Assembly (NCBI RefSeq): GCF_036321535.1
Contig: NC_087453.1
Span: 124,001 to 188,000 of the forward strand
Source: Camelus dromedarius
Taxonomy: Eukaryota
Direction: 5' to 3'
Length of the DNA: 64,000 nucleotides
The notes beneath the pieces are model-generated. The model was not told the DNA's origin, ran no database searches, and worked only from the letters and a program-made list of their open reading frames with translations. A program made the position numbers and the translations under genes. Within the stretch, counting starts at the first letter, position 1; each line of letters opens with the position of its first letter. Shown piece by piece: positions 12,391-24,013 of the stretch.

Positions 12391-15300
12391 TCATGCAGGC
12401 CGCGGCACTGTCTCCGAGGTCTTGCAGGCGAGGGCCACGTCCTTGGCAATGCTGCGCACACGATCTGACACCTGCGTCTCCCGGCGCAGGGCAGGGGCAC
12501 AGCAGAACTTGCGGAAGCAGGCCTTGAAGTTTTCATCCAGGAAGGCATAGAGGATGGGATTGAGGCAGCTGTTGACATAGCCCAGGGCCGTGCAGAAACG
12601 CAGGATGGCCACTGCAGTCTCACTGCCTGGCTGAACGCCCAGCCCCTGGACCAATACGAAGACCTGGACAGGAGTCCAGCAGCCCACGAACACAGCCACC
12701 ACCACCAGCACCAGTCGCGTGATGCGCCGCAGGTTCCGGTCCTTCTCCCGGGAGCCTGAGAGCAGGCGGACGCCGCGGAGCCGCCGGATCATGAGGCTGT
12801 AGCAGACAGAGATGATGAGCACGGGGATGATGAAGGAGAAGAGGAAGATGCAGACAGCGAACACGGGGCCCCAGTAGTCCTGCGGGGTGGGCATCTCCAC
12901 CAGACACTCAATCTCTGCAGGGAGAGAAGCAGGGTCAGGGCAGGTGGCCAGGGAGCCAGGGGAGCATGGCACCATGGAAGGGGCCACCACTGACCTTCAT
13001 CCTCAACCTGAGCTGAGCCCATGATGGCCACAGGAACGCCAACAACAGAGGCCAGGGCCCAGATGGCCACATTGACTGCCTGTGCCTTGCTGGACGTCCG
13101 GACATCAAGGGCGCGGATGGGGTGGCAGATGGCTACATAGCGGTCCACGCTCATGGCGGTCAGCGTGAAGGTGCTGGTGAACATGTTGTAGTAGTCGATG
13201 GCGATGACTGTCTTGCACAGGGCGTTCCCAAATGGCCAGAAGCCCAGGAGGACATCTGTGCCCTGGAAGGGCAGGGTCAGCAGCACCAAAGTGTCCGCCA
13301 GGGCCAGATTAAAAATGTAAATGTTGGTAGCTGTCTTCATCTTGGTGTGTCTGCAGAGGACAGGGAGGAGGAAGGCTTCATGTGGCCACCCTGCTGGGCC
13401 TCCAGCAAAGGCCATCACGGGGGCACCCACTCTGACCCCTCATTAATATGTAGGCTCCTGGTCCCAGCCCAAGGACATGGAGCCTGAAGGCAAACATTTT
13501 AAAAAATTCTTCAGATACTTCTGGGACACACAAAAGGGTTCAAAACCTAAAGACTGGTCTGCCTTGGAAAAGATGGGTATGGCGGGTAGCAGAACATATG
13601 CCTGTCCCTGCATGGAAGCAAAGAGGCAGGGCTCATAAGACAAAAGAACCTGCCCTCCTCCCTTTCAAATATCTGTTAAGACCCTTTATGGGCCAAAATG
13701 CTGTCCCTACCACTGCTAGAGGTTCCCAAGGGCTCCAGAATCTGTAAGAGCACAGCAAACCAGTCCTCACTGCTATCTACCAATGGAGACAGGAAGTGGT
13801 GACAGGGATGGGACGGGTGCTGATGGTGTCTGATTGTGTCTAAGAACCTGAAACAGGGCTGGGGAAATTGTGGGTGCTTAATAAATATTTGTTGGATTGT
13901 TAGTTGTGATGGTGGTAGTGGCGAGTGTTGGTACTGACAGTGGTGGTGGTAATGGTGGAGGTAACAGGTGGTGGCAGTGATGGCAGTGGTCATGGCAGGG
14001 ATGATAATGTTGGCGATGGTGGTAGTTTTGGTGGTGATAGTGTTGCAGGTGGTGGTGGAGGTGGACATGGTGGTGGTGATGATGGTGGAGATGGTGGTGA
14101 TGGTGGTGGCAGAGGCAGTGNNNNNNNNNNNNNNNNNNNNNNNNNNNNNNNNNNNNNNNNNNNNNNNNNNNNNNNNNNNNNNNNNNNNNNNNNNNNNNNN
14201 NNNNNNNNNNNNNNNNNNNNNNNNNNNNNNNNNNNNNNNNNNNNNNNNNNNNNNNNNNNNNNNNNNNNNNNNNNNNNNNNNNNNNNNNNNNNNNNNNNNN
14301 NNNNNNNNNNNNNNNNNNNNNNNNNATGATGGTGGAGATGGCGGTAGTAGTGATGGTGGTGGTTATGAAGGTGGTGGTGATAGTGATGATGATGATGATG
14401 AAGGTGGTGGGTAGTGGTGATGGTGGTGGTGGAGGTGGTGGTGATGGTGGAGGTGATGATGGTAGTGGTGGTTGTGATGACGGTGGAAGTGGCGGTGGTG
14501 GTGATGGTGACAGTGGAGGCAGTGGTGACGATGGTGGAGGTGATGATGATAGTGGCAGTGGTGACTGTTGTGGTGATGATGGAGATGGTGGTGGTGATGA
14601 TGATGGAGGTGGTGGTGATGGTGGAGGTGGTGACGGTAGTGGTGGTGATTGTTGGTGGTTATGAAGGTGGTGATGATGGTGATAGTGATAATGATGATGA
14701 AGGTGGTGGTGGTGGTGGTGATGGCAGTGGCAATGCTAGAGATGACAGTATTCCATGTCAATTAAGCTGCCAGGAAGGAATCTACAATTTAGTTCTGCCT
14801 CTTAGGGAGGGACTAAGAATAAGCACAAAGAGGTCTTAATTATGACCCAGTAACAATGGCGGTGACAGTGGCAGATACCTGTGCCAAGCTCTTCACTTGG
14901 ATTTTATCTCATTTAAGATTTCAAAAACGCTATTTTGATCCCCATTCCATGTAGGAGGACACTCAAGCTCAGAGGATCTAAGTGGCCTTCTCAGGGCCGT
15001 AGAGCGAGCAAAAAGCAGAGTGAGTGGCTCAAGAGAACCAGAAGACCAGCCACAGATGGGAGAAGAGATTTGCCAAACACACATCGGACACAGGACTGCC
15101 ACCTAGAACACACGAAGAACTCCTACTACTCAACAAGGGAACAAACAGCCTGGTTAAAAATGGGCCAAAGACCTTAACAGACCCATCACCAAAGAAGATA
15201 CAGAGACGGCAAGTAAGTACATGAAAAGATGCTCCACATCATGCAGCATCGGGGAAACGCAAATGAAAACAACAACGAGACACCACTACACACTTACTAG

Positions 15301-17702
15301 AATGGCCAAAATCCAGAACCCTGACAGCACCAAGCACTGGTGAGGAGGGGGAGCAGCAAGCNNNNNNNNNNNNNNNNNNNNNNNNNNNNNNNNNNNNNNN
15401 NNNNNNNNNNNNNNNNNNNNNNNNNNNNNNNNNNNNNNNNNNNNNNNNNNNNNNNNNNNNNNNNNNNNNNNNNNNNNNNNNNNNNNNNNNNNNNNNNNNN
15501 NNNNNNNNNNNNNNNNNNNNNNNNNNNNNNNNNNNNNNNNNNNNNNNNGCCAAAACCCGGCAACAACCAAGATGTCCTCCAGTAGGTGGATGGATAAACT
15601 TTCCATCCAGAAAATGGACTATTACTCAACGATAAAAAAAAATTTAACTAAGTGAGAGAAGCCAGCCTGAAAAGGCTAGATTGTGTGACTCCAACTACAT
15701 GACATTCTGGAAAAGGCAAAATTATGCAGACAGAAAAAAGATCACTGTTTGCCAGGGCCTGGGAGGTGGGGAAGTGTGCACAGGCAGAGCACAGGGGATC
15801 TTCAGGGCAGTGAAACTGCTCTGTGTGATGTTGTAATTGTGGGTACGTGTCATTATACAGTTGTCAAAACCCACAGAATGTACAACACCAAGAGGAAACC
15901 CTGATGTAAACTATGGACTTGGGGTGGCTGTGACAGTCAGTGTAGGTTCATCAACTGTAAAACATGTCCTGTTCTGGTGGGAAGATTGATCATGGGGAAG
16001 ACTGTGGAAGGTGGGGGGCAGGCGGCAAATGGGAAACCTCTGTACCTTCCCCTCAATTTTGCTGTGAACCTAAAACTGCTCTTTAAAAAAAAAAAAAAAA
16101 ACAGTCTTTAAACAAGAGCAGGGCTTGGAACTTGGGTGTTTCCGGTGCATGAGGCAGCCCACCCCAGTCCACTGGCTTGGAATACACTGTGCTGCCTCTC
16201 AGGCCAGTGTGGTCCCAGCGGCTGCTGCGCATTGTGCTCTCTGGGGACCACTTGTGGACAAGACCACCTCCCTGTCTGCTCTGATCCAAGACGTGACTCT
16301 GCCAGTTCTGATGCCCCAGGGCAGAAGAGAGACACAGAGAAGCTCTAACAGCTGGAAGGATGAACAGAACCACCCCCAGTTGCTGTGTTTCTCACCCACA
16401 ACACACCCTCCAACCACAAAGGGGCACATGAATCTAGTCCCCTGGGGGTCAGCACTGGGGAAGCGGCAGCTGCTCCTTCCAGCCCCTTGTCCAAACACAT
16501 ACATAATACACACCAACACATACACACAGACAAGTGCATGCTCACACGTGTACAGACACATACACAGACACAAGTGCGTGTGTACATGCACACATATATG
16601 TACACTGTGCAGTACGCACTTATATGCCCACAGTGCACACACGGGCATGAACACATGTGCCCATGTGCGCACATACGTGTTCATGCTCACACATTCGTGT
16701 ACACACTCATATATGTGTACAAACATGCACATACTCCATGCATTGTATGCATGCACACACAGGCCTGTTCAAGGTGCAGTGCACACTCACGTGTATGTAC
16801 ACACCCATACGTGCACACACTCCCACATGTGTGAACACATCCATGTGCACATTCACACGTGTGCACGCACACATTTGTGTACACACAAATATGCACATGC
16901 TCACATAGTGCACACACATACCTGCACATGCCTGCACACACATGCATGTCCCCACTCTCTCCCCATGCTGTCTTACCACGCTGTCTCCCCTCTGTCCCCC
17001 AAGGTGTCCCCACACTAACCCACACTGCTCCCCTATAATGTTCCCCCCAACAGCCTGGCTGCCCCCCTCAACCCCACAAGCACTCCTATTCTGAGCAACA
17101 GCAAATGCTGGAATCAGCCCAGGTTATTAGCAGAGAGCACGAGTCCTGGAGCTGGAGGGAAGGGGACCTGCCCTGGCACCAGCCCTGGACAGACTGACAA
17201 GAGCTGCCTCTCGGGGTCGCTGTGGGACCAGTCAGATAACCATGCGGCAGCTTGGCGGGGAGCCTGGCCCACGGCTCAGACTGAACGTCATCTGTCAGCA
17301 GTCAGGGTGACGCTCCATCTGGGACAGGATGGCCCCTCCCCCAACCAAGTGCCCCACCCTGAGGAGCTGAGCAGCCAGGGCTTCGGGCCTGACCCTGCCC
17401 AGCGCCAGGTTGCCCAGAATGGCCCCTGTGTCTTGCTTCCATTCCCCCTGTAGCTGGGGGCCAGCCTACCTGAGGATGACGTACATGACGAGACAGTTCC
17501 CCAGCAGCCCCCCGATGCACACAGCCAGGTAGAGCCCCACAATGGTGACCTTGAGTCCGAGGGGCAGGAAGGCGCCGTGGCTGGTATTGAGCAGCAGATG
17601 TGGGGGCAGTAGGCTGTGGTTGGGGCTCAGGAGGGACAGGTTTCCCTGCAGGTGGCTGCTGTAGAGGACCTCCCAGAACGGGGCAGGGAAGAGGGACTCC
17701 AT
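12391..17702 (-). CDS. OPRL1: Nociceptin/orphanin FQ receptor (NOP/ORL1), 370 aa; coding exons 17702-17470, 13350-12995, 12914-12391
   Basis: Exons of 233+356+524 = 1113 nt with GT-AG junctions in matching phase. Translation runs [25 protein letters not shown]...[19 protein letters not shown]...IDYYNMF...DRY...CWTPVQVF...NPILY...SETVPRPA-stop. Confidence 0.98.
13830..13900 (+). mobile_element. L2 LINE 3'-end fragment
   Basis: 'gtgggtgcttaataaatatttgttggattg' matches the L2 terminal motif gtgctcaataaatatttgttgaatg. Confidence 0.6.
13905..14740. repeat. Degenerate (TGG/TGA)n low-complexity array in the OPRL1 intron, interrupted by an assembly gap
   Basis: Visible GGT/GAT triplets on both sides of the N run. 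Confidence 0.9.
14121..14325. other. Assembly gap (205 N)
   Basis: Run of N. Confidence 1.
15030..16101 (+). mobile_element. Old L1 (L1MC1-like) ORF2 end + 3'UTR with poly(A) tail
   Basis: 'aaaatgggccaaagaccttaacagac...atgaaaagatgctccacatc', 'tgtaaactatggactt', 'aattttgctgtgaacctaaaactgctctttaaaaaaa'. Contains the second gap. Confidence 0.85.
15362..15548. other. Assembly gap (187 N)
   Basis: Run of N. Confidence 1.
16490..16950. repeat. Degenerate CA/TG-rich (purine-pyrimidine alternating) low-complexity tract
   Basis: Repeated cacacac/gtgcaca/catacac words. Confidence 0.85.
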
Positions 17703-18078
17703 GCCACCGCTTGACGTGCAGAGCCACCTGTACCTGGGAAGGCACAGGGACATGTGAGCACAGTGCCCAACACCCACCAGCCCCGGCCTCCAAGCTCAGT
17801 GTGCATGGCCCGGAGGCACACGCACCCCCAGACCGCCACGTGCACAGGGACACAGGCGCATACCTGTGCACACACAGGTACACACACACATGCTGGGGCC
17901 ATGGAGACAAGCAGATACATATATCCAGACAGAGACACACAAACACAGAGGCATATGTGCACACACAGGGATACAGTCCCCTTCAGCTTGCAGGCTCCCA
18001 CATGGGCTGTGTAGATGTAGTCACATACCAGGACACGTGTCCACCCACGGGGACTCGTGGACACACAGCCGTGCACAT

Positions 18079-18084
<6 letters not shown>

Positions 18085-18114
<30 letters not shown>
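18085..18114. repeat. (AC)15 microsatellite
   Basis: Perfect dinucleotide run. Confidence 0.98.
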
Positions 18115-18117
<3 letters not shown>

Positions 18118-18290
18118 TGCCCAAACCTGCCCTCATGCACATGCAGGCACGAAAAGGACCAACCAACGCATACCCAGAAACACCTGGAACCCAGGACACC
18201 CGGCAACCCCCCGTGCCTCCCCAGCCCTGCCCGGCCGCTGCAGCCCATCCTGGGTCACCTCCACACCCACCCCAGCAGCTCCAGCCTTAC

Positions 18291-18458
18291 CTCAGTCACC
18301 TCTGTGGGAGCGGAGACCGGGGAACCCGAACCCACGGCTGGCTGGCCAGCAGGCCGGGGAGCCCCTCCCCGACTCAGCACCGGGTCTGACAGGACTGGGG
18401 ACTGCGGCTGCAGCGGCAGCTGCTCCTCCTCAGTAGACACCAGGCCAGACGCCGCAGC
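18291..18458 (-). other. OPRL1: OPRL1 non-coding 5'UTR exon (probable exon 2)
   Basis: On the minus strand: polypyrimidine tract + CCAG|GCTGCGGCGTCTGG acceptor and GAG|GTAAGG donor. The start resembles the human OPRL1 5'UTR as I recall it. The first coding exon would begin at 17733 (ttcccag|gtacag). Confidence 0.7.
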
Positions 18459-19109
18459 CTGGTGCACGGGGGAGGGGGAGGAGGCTGCAGCTCCAGAGGG
18501 GGAGGGGCCAAGCAGGCTGGAGGAGGGGGCAGCAGGGACGGGGCGCCAGTCCTCAGGCGGCATGCGGACACACACGAGGACCAGGGCACACACTTAGAGA
18601 AGAACAGAGACAGGCTTGGACCCACAGAGCCCGGACACAGGGACACAGATGCTCACAGGGACTCAGACATGTGGACACAGACACTCACACAGGGACACAC
18701 AGAAACACACAAAGACATGGGACAGGGACTCAGAGAGATACACACAGGACAGGCTGAGACAGACCGGAGCCACATCTCACACACAGACACGCAGCCTTGG
18801 ACGGACTCAGACCTGCCTGAGCTGGCATTCCGTGCCCGGAGCAGTGCCCCTCGGCTGGGCCCCAGGGAAGCTGAGCCACAGCAGGCCAGCGGGTGGGTGG
18901 ACACACAGCAGGGCCCCTGCCCAGCCCGCCCTAAGCAGATCAGAGCCTCGCAGTAAACAAGCAGGATGCTTGGGCTCTCCTGTGCACTCCGTGTGCCCAC
19001 TGTGTGCCCCACGTGCCTACTGTGTGCCAAGCCCATCCTGAGCATAAGCCCATCCAGCCCCACTACACTTCACCGTTGCCATCAGCATCACCTCAGCGCC
19101 AACAAGATC

Positions 19110-19190
19110 ATTAAGCCTCACAGCTGTGAAGCCACATGTCAAAGTGGCAGAGACTGGGTTCAAACCCAGGTCTCTCTGTCGCTTTGAGAC
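19110..19190. mobile_element. MIR fragment
   Basis: 'aagtggcagagactgggttcaaacccaggtctctctgtc' matches the MIR core motif. Confidence 0.6.
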
Positions 19191-21073
19191 ACACCAGGGA
19201 CATCTCTGCCCCAGAACAACATCTGAGCCTCATTCCCTTACAGCCTGGGCCCCCAGCATCCATGCAGCTGAACAGAGAGCTGCCTCCTTCCCAGCACTGG
19301 GGTCACATGCCAAGTGGGTGACCCCTGAGCTGAATCGCCAGCCCCACCCAGTCAAGGGGTCGTTCTTCCTGCACGTGGGCTCTGCCCACACAGCCCAGAC
19401 CCTGCTCTGTGCATCTGTCTCCAAGGATGGAGACATTGTTGCTAGGCAACTGGCAGCAGCGTCGCTAGGATACCTGGCAAATCAAGAGAGGACAGAGCAG
19501 GCAGATACCCTAGGACTCAGCATCCCAAGCTGTCCCCCAGGACTTATCTCTGCATCTTCACTGCAGTCGACTCAGGGACACGTGGGGAGACACGAGGCAC
19601 ATCCACAGAAGGCACTCAGGACACAAAGACTCACATAACTGCAGACACACACAAAGATGCCCAAACAGGCACAAGGATAAACACACAGTCAAAGTACATG
19701 CTCAGGAATGCAGACACTTGAAGGGATGCACAAAATCATGGGCCACACACATGCAGACACACTTAGGTGCATGTGAGGCACACAGGTAGCAGGCATGAGA
19801 GAGCAGGCAGACACACAGATCGCAGACTCAGACACCCAGGGGACACACACGTGCACCACATTCTCCAGGTGAAGATCGAAACCCCATTGCCTTGACCTCA
19901 GGAGCCCAGCAACCCAGGGAGGCTCACCCTCCCCCAGCCTCCCCAGGCTGGCTCCCCAAGGTCTGAGCAGCCAACCCCAGTCCCTCCTGCCCCTGCTGCC
20001 TGGGGGCAGCTTACTGAGCTAAGCTGTGTTTCCTAATGGCCTTCAGCTGCCTCCTAGCCCAGGCCTCAGTCTGAGGAAAAGCCTGGGCTAGAAGGCTGCT
20101 CTGAGGCTGGGTATGAGTTCTGGTCTGGACAGATCTCCTGTGAGGGCGCACTGGATGAAGCCAGCGCAGAGGATGCCCAGAGGCAGACACCTGGCCGCTC
20201 ACAGGCAGTCTCAGCCCAAGGACAGGCCAGTGGGTGGCTAGGCCAGTGGGTGGTCAGGCCGGGATGCTGACTACACTCCCTGGGGGTGGCAGCCACCCAG
20301 TCCTGGACCCTGGAGATTTCCCACAAAGGGGGCTGGCCAAGGAAATGGCCCAGGCCTCTCTCCACCCGGCACAGAAGGGTAAGACACAGAAAACATGGGT
20401 TACACACGGGTCAGCGGGGAACACATGTGAGCACTTGTGTCAAAGCAAAACAACCTCAAACACACATGTCATATGCAGGCAAAGCAAAGCATGTGGGGTG
20501 CCAGGGCAGCCAAAGACACATAGCTTATGGGAATGACAGGGCAGAGCACATGTCCACAAATTACGGTGAAAGCCACACAAGGGCTGCACTTGGAGGTCAC
20601 AGGCATTTGGGGCAGGACACAGGGCCCTGAGGGCCGTTTACACTCACAGGCTGCGCAGAACACACCTCACTCTTGCACCCAGTGACTCAGGGCCCATCAG
20701 GGCCAGATGGCAGGCTCGCACTGGCCCTAACTGCCTGGGGCAGGCCCGCTGTCTGCCCCCCTCAGTCTCCACACTTTCCACCACCTCTGAGCTGGGCACA
20801 GGAGTCGAAGCATAGTCGTAGGCAGCTCACCCAGGACATCTATCCACCAGGGTATTCAGTCACCAGGCCAGCAGCGCTGCTAAAAAGCAAAATGATTTCC
20901 TCATAAAAAATTACTTTTTCCTTGTGATTTTAACTTCTTCTTATTTAAATACAGTGACAGAGAACTGAGTTGTAGATTTTCAATATAATGTTAAATTTTG
21001 CAGTCATTTAATAACTTATTCATTTTACTTTGAAGTTTTATTTTCAGCCTTTGGCATCGATCAACATGCTTTT

Positions 21074-21207
21074 TAAAAAAATTTTGTTGTAATTGAAGTA
21101 CCATCAATTACAATGTGCCAGTTTCTGGTGTACAGCATCATGTCCCAATCCTGCATACACATACATATATTCATTTTCATATTCGTTTTCATTAAAGGTT
21201 ATTACAA
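21074..21207 (-). mobile_element. 5'-truncated lineage-specific L1 3' end (copy A) with 15-bp TSD
   Basis: Cetartiodactyl-type L1 tail (aattgaagta...gtttctggtgtacagc...ggttattacaagat). Flanked by gatcaacatgctttt (21059-21073) and gatcaacgtgctttt (21208-21222). Confidence 0.8.
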
Positions 21208-21261
21208 GATCAACGTGCTTTTGGACCTCAGCATTTCCATCAGCCCTCGAAAATGAATCCT

Positions 21262-21467
21262 TAAAAAAAAAAAAAAGTTTCTTCTGCACAGCACAGGGAA
21301 TACAGATTCAATATCTTGTAATAACCTCTCATGAAAAAGGATATGAAAACAAATATGTGTATGTGTATGCATGACTGGGACTTTGTGCTGTACACCAGAA
21401 ACTGACACACTGTAACTGACTGCACTTCAATTAAAAAAATTTTTTTTAAAAGAAAGAAAAAAATAAT
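21262..21467 (+). mobile_element. 5'-truncated lineage-specific L1 3' end (copy B) with 12-bp TSD
   Basis: gcacagggaa...atatcttgtaataacc...gctgtacaccagaaactgacac...cttcaattaaaaaaa. Flanked by aaaatgaatcct at 21250-21261 and 21468-21479. Confidence 0.85.
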
Positions 21468-22369
21468 AAAATGAATCCTGGACACAGAAACAGGTGAAGG
21501 ACGTGGCCTGCTGTCTCACAGTGGCTGGGCCCAAACATGTGGGAGCACCTTCCTCCCAGGGGTGTGTGGAGAAGCAGAAAGAAACCAAGCCCAGGGATGT
21601 GAGCTGTGTGGACACCAGGCCCTCTGGGAATTAGGGAGGAGAAGGTGTCAAAGGTTTTCAATCCTACAGAAGCAGAGGGAAAGTTACAAGTCCCCTCTTC
21701 TTGGAGACAATGCCCCCTAACCACTCCCCCACTGCCTATCCCTGTCCTGGGCCCTGGGGAAGCTCAGAGGAGGGCCCAGATCCCTGTCTTGTAGAACTCA
21801 CTCATGTGGGAGCACAGAATTAGAGTCAGAGGTGGCCCCAGTTGGAGCTGTGTAAATCCAGGAGGCCTGCCTGAAGGAGGTGGCCTGCCAGATCATCCTT
21901 CCTAAGCCCTCACTGCTTCTTCTGGAGCCCAGAGACCTTTGTCTTCAACAAGCCCCAAGGCTGATGCTAAATCTCAAGGCCCAGACCCACCCTAAAGGCA
22001 CAAGCAGGGCAGGAAGGAGCAGCTCCTGCAAAGGCTTAGGGGCTGGAAGGATGAACAGTTCCACGCAGCTTCGGGAAGGGGGATGGCGTGCAGACTCCAG
22101 GGACATGGAGGGCGGAGAGTCATAGCTTTCCCTCTCACCAGGAGGCCAGAACAAGCTTCCAAAAACAATGGGAACACTCAACAGCCTCTGTCCAGAAGGC
22201 AGAACCTCAGCAGAGACCTCACCCCCAAAGCCAGGACAGTCCATCCTCCCAGGGGCTTAGGCCCTGAACCCCCAAAGCAGGCCATCCATGGATCCCAGCG
22301 CCCACACTGGCCCTCCGGCACATCCACTAATGAAGGGGAGTGGAACGTATGTACTGTGGGAGCCACCAG

Positions 22370-22555
22370 TACATGAATAATTCAATGCACTCAATGCACT
22401 AATGTTGGCCTACCATAAACTGTGGAATCAGTACATGAATTAACGAATCTAGAATACAGTGACAAATGCATGAACAAATTAAAGAATTAACTAAGTGAAT
22501 CCGTTATAAAATATTACAGCTAACTAACAAATGCACAAGTCAATTACAGAAATCT
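22370..22555. repeat. AT-rich degenerate (AATG/AATT)n tract, possibly a decayed L2 tail
   Basis: atgaat/aatgca/aattaa words in an otherwise GC-rich region. Confidence 0.45.
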
Positions 22556-24013
22556 AGGACCCAATACCCAGAGACTTAGGGCTCATCAAAACCCAAGTCT
22601 GGTCTTGCACCACCCCTGGGACTCCAAACTGGCCCCAGAAGAGGTGAAGCGTCCTGAGTTCCGCTGTGGGAGGCCTCTTGGCCATGCAGAGGGGAAAGGG
22701 GCTCACTCATGAAGGTCTCCTCACGATTGTGCCCCCTGACTCCAAAACTAGCCCCCAAAGACTTCTCCAGCCAGGAAGCTGTGCCCACAGAAGAGTGCAT
22801 TTAGGCCTCCCCAGAAAGGGAAAAAGCATACCGGGCTGTAAGTTGTTGGTCACCTCCTTCCCAGTCCTTGACAGCCTGGGATGCCCCTGGCAGGACATAT
22901 GGCCTGGGACTTCTGGGCACAGCTCTGCCCATGTACCTCCGGAGGGGTTGCCCCACCCCGGCCGGCTTGGGGGAGGGGCAGGCTTCCTGGTTGCCCAGCA
23001 ACCACATCAACAAGCCCCAGAGAGTCCCAGCTGAGTTGGAGGTTCAGACCCAGCAAGGCAGAAGGTAGGAAGGGTGTGCAGAAGGCAGGTGAGGGCCGGG
23101 CCCTTGGACCACTGCAGCCAAGAATGAGGCAGGGGAGGGAGTGGATGCTACCAGACACCCAGACTGTGGCTCTGCCTGTCCCACAGTGGGCCAGGACTCA
23201 GCCCAGGGTCTGGGGTCAGGGATACTGTGGGAAAGGGGCCAGGAGAGGGAAAGAGCCCTGCAGGACTGAATTAGGACTTCTAGGGCAGTTTCCCTTTCCA
23301 CCTCGTGGGCCCTATTCCCCTCTATCACCTCCTCCCTGGGCTCCCCTCTCCCTTACTCAATCTAGTCCCAGCAGGGACAGGCTAGGAGGAGGACGTCTCC
23401 CCTGTAGCAAGCCAGCTGTCCATTTGGCTCTGAGCTTCCCACACACACACGTGAGACCTCCCACAGACATACAAACTGACCCCCACACACACACCCCTCC
23501 CAGAAAAGCATGAGTTCTCTGCCCAAGATATAATGAAGGCCCACCCGTTCCATCTCCAGCCCCTCACATCAAGACAGAGAGGCCTGGGGCCAATGCAGAC
23601 CTGGGGGACTGAACACAGCGAGGGTCCCAGCATCGTGGGGAATTGTCCACCAAGCCTCACCCAGGGCAGTCTCAGCAGTCTCCACCCCTGGGTAGTGCTT
23701 GAGGTCAGCTCAGGGGTCTCAGCATTTTCTCAGTGGACAGAGAAACAGCTGGTGGGCAGGAAGGGAATTTCCAGAAAGGGAGTGGATCAGAAAGTTCTAG
23801 CTGACAGCAGGAGTGAGCAGGGAAGCTGAGTTGACCAGGACGTGTGCTAGGCTTGGGCAAAGGTGCAGAGGCCAGAGGTGCGGGGCCTAAGGCGGGCGGC
23901 AGGGAGTCCAGAGGGGCCAGAGCTGGAAGCCCGCGGTGGGGCCAGGTCAGGCCAAAGGAGCGGGCACAACGGACACCGCTCAGGCACCAACAGACATCCC
24001 CTTCCCTCGGAGA

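Noticed and set aside
13676-14839. Poly-His/Thr/Gly/Asp/Val ORFs
   Set aside because: Translations of the (TGG/TGA)n array, some running through N gaps.
18372-18392. REST/RE1 left half-site TCAGCACC in the OPRL1 5'UTR exon
   Set aside because: No GGACAG right half at canonical spacing.
16125-18597. His/Thr/Cys-rich ORFs of 190-297 aa (metallothionein- or HT-repeat-like)
   Set aside because: Artefacts of CA/TG low-complexity tracts.
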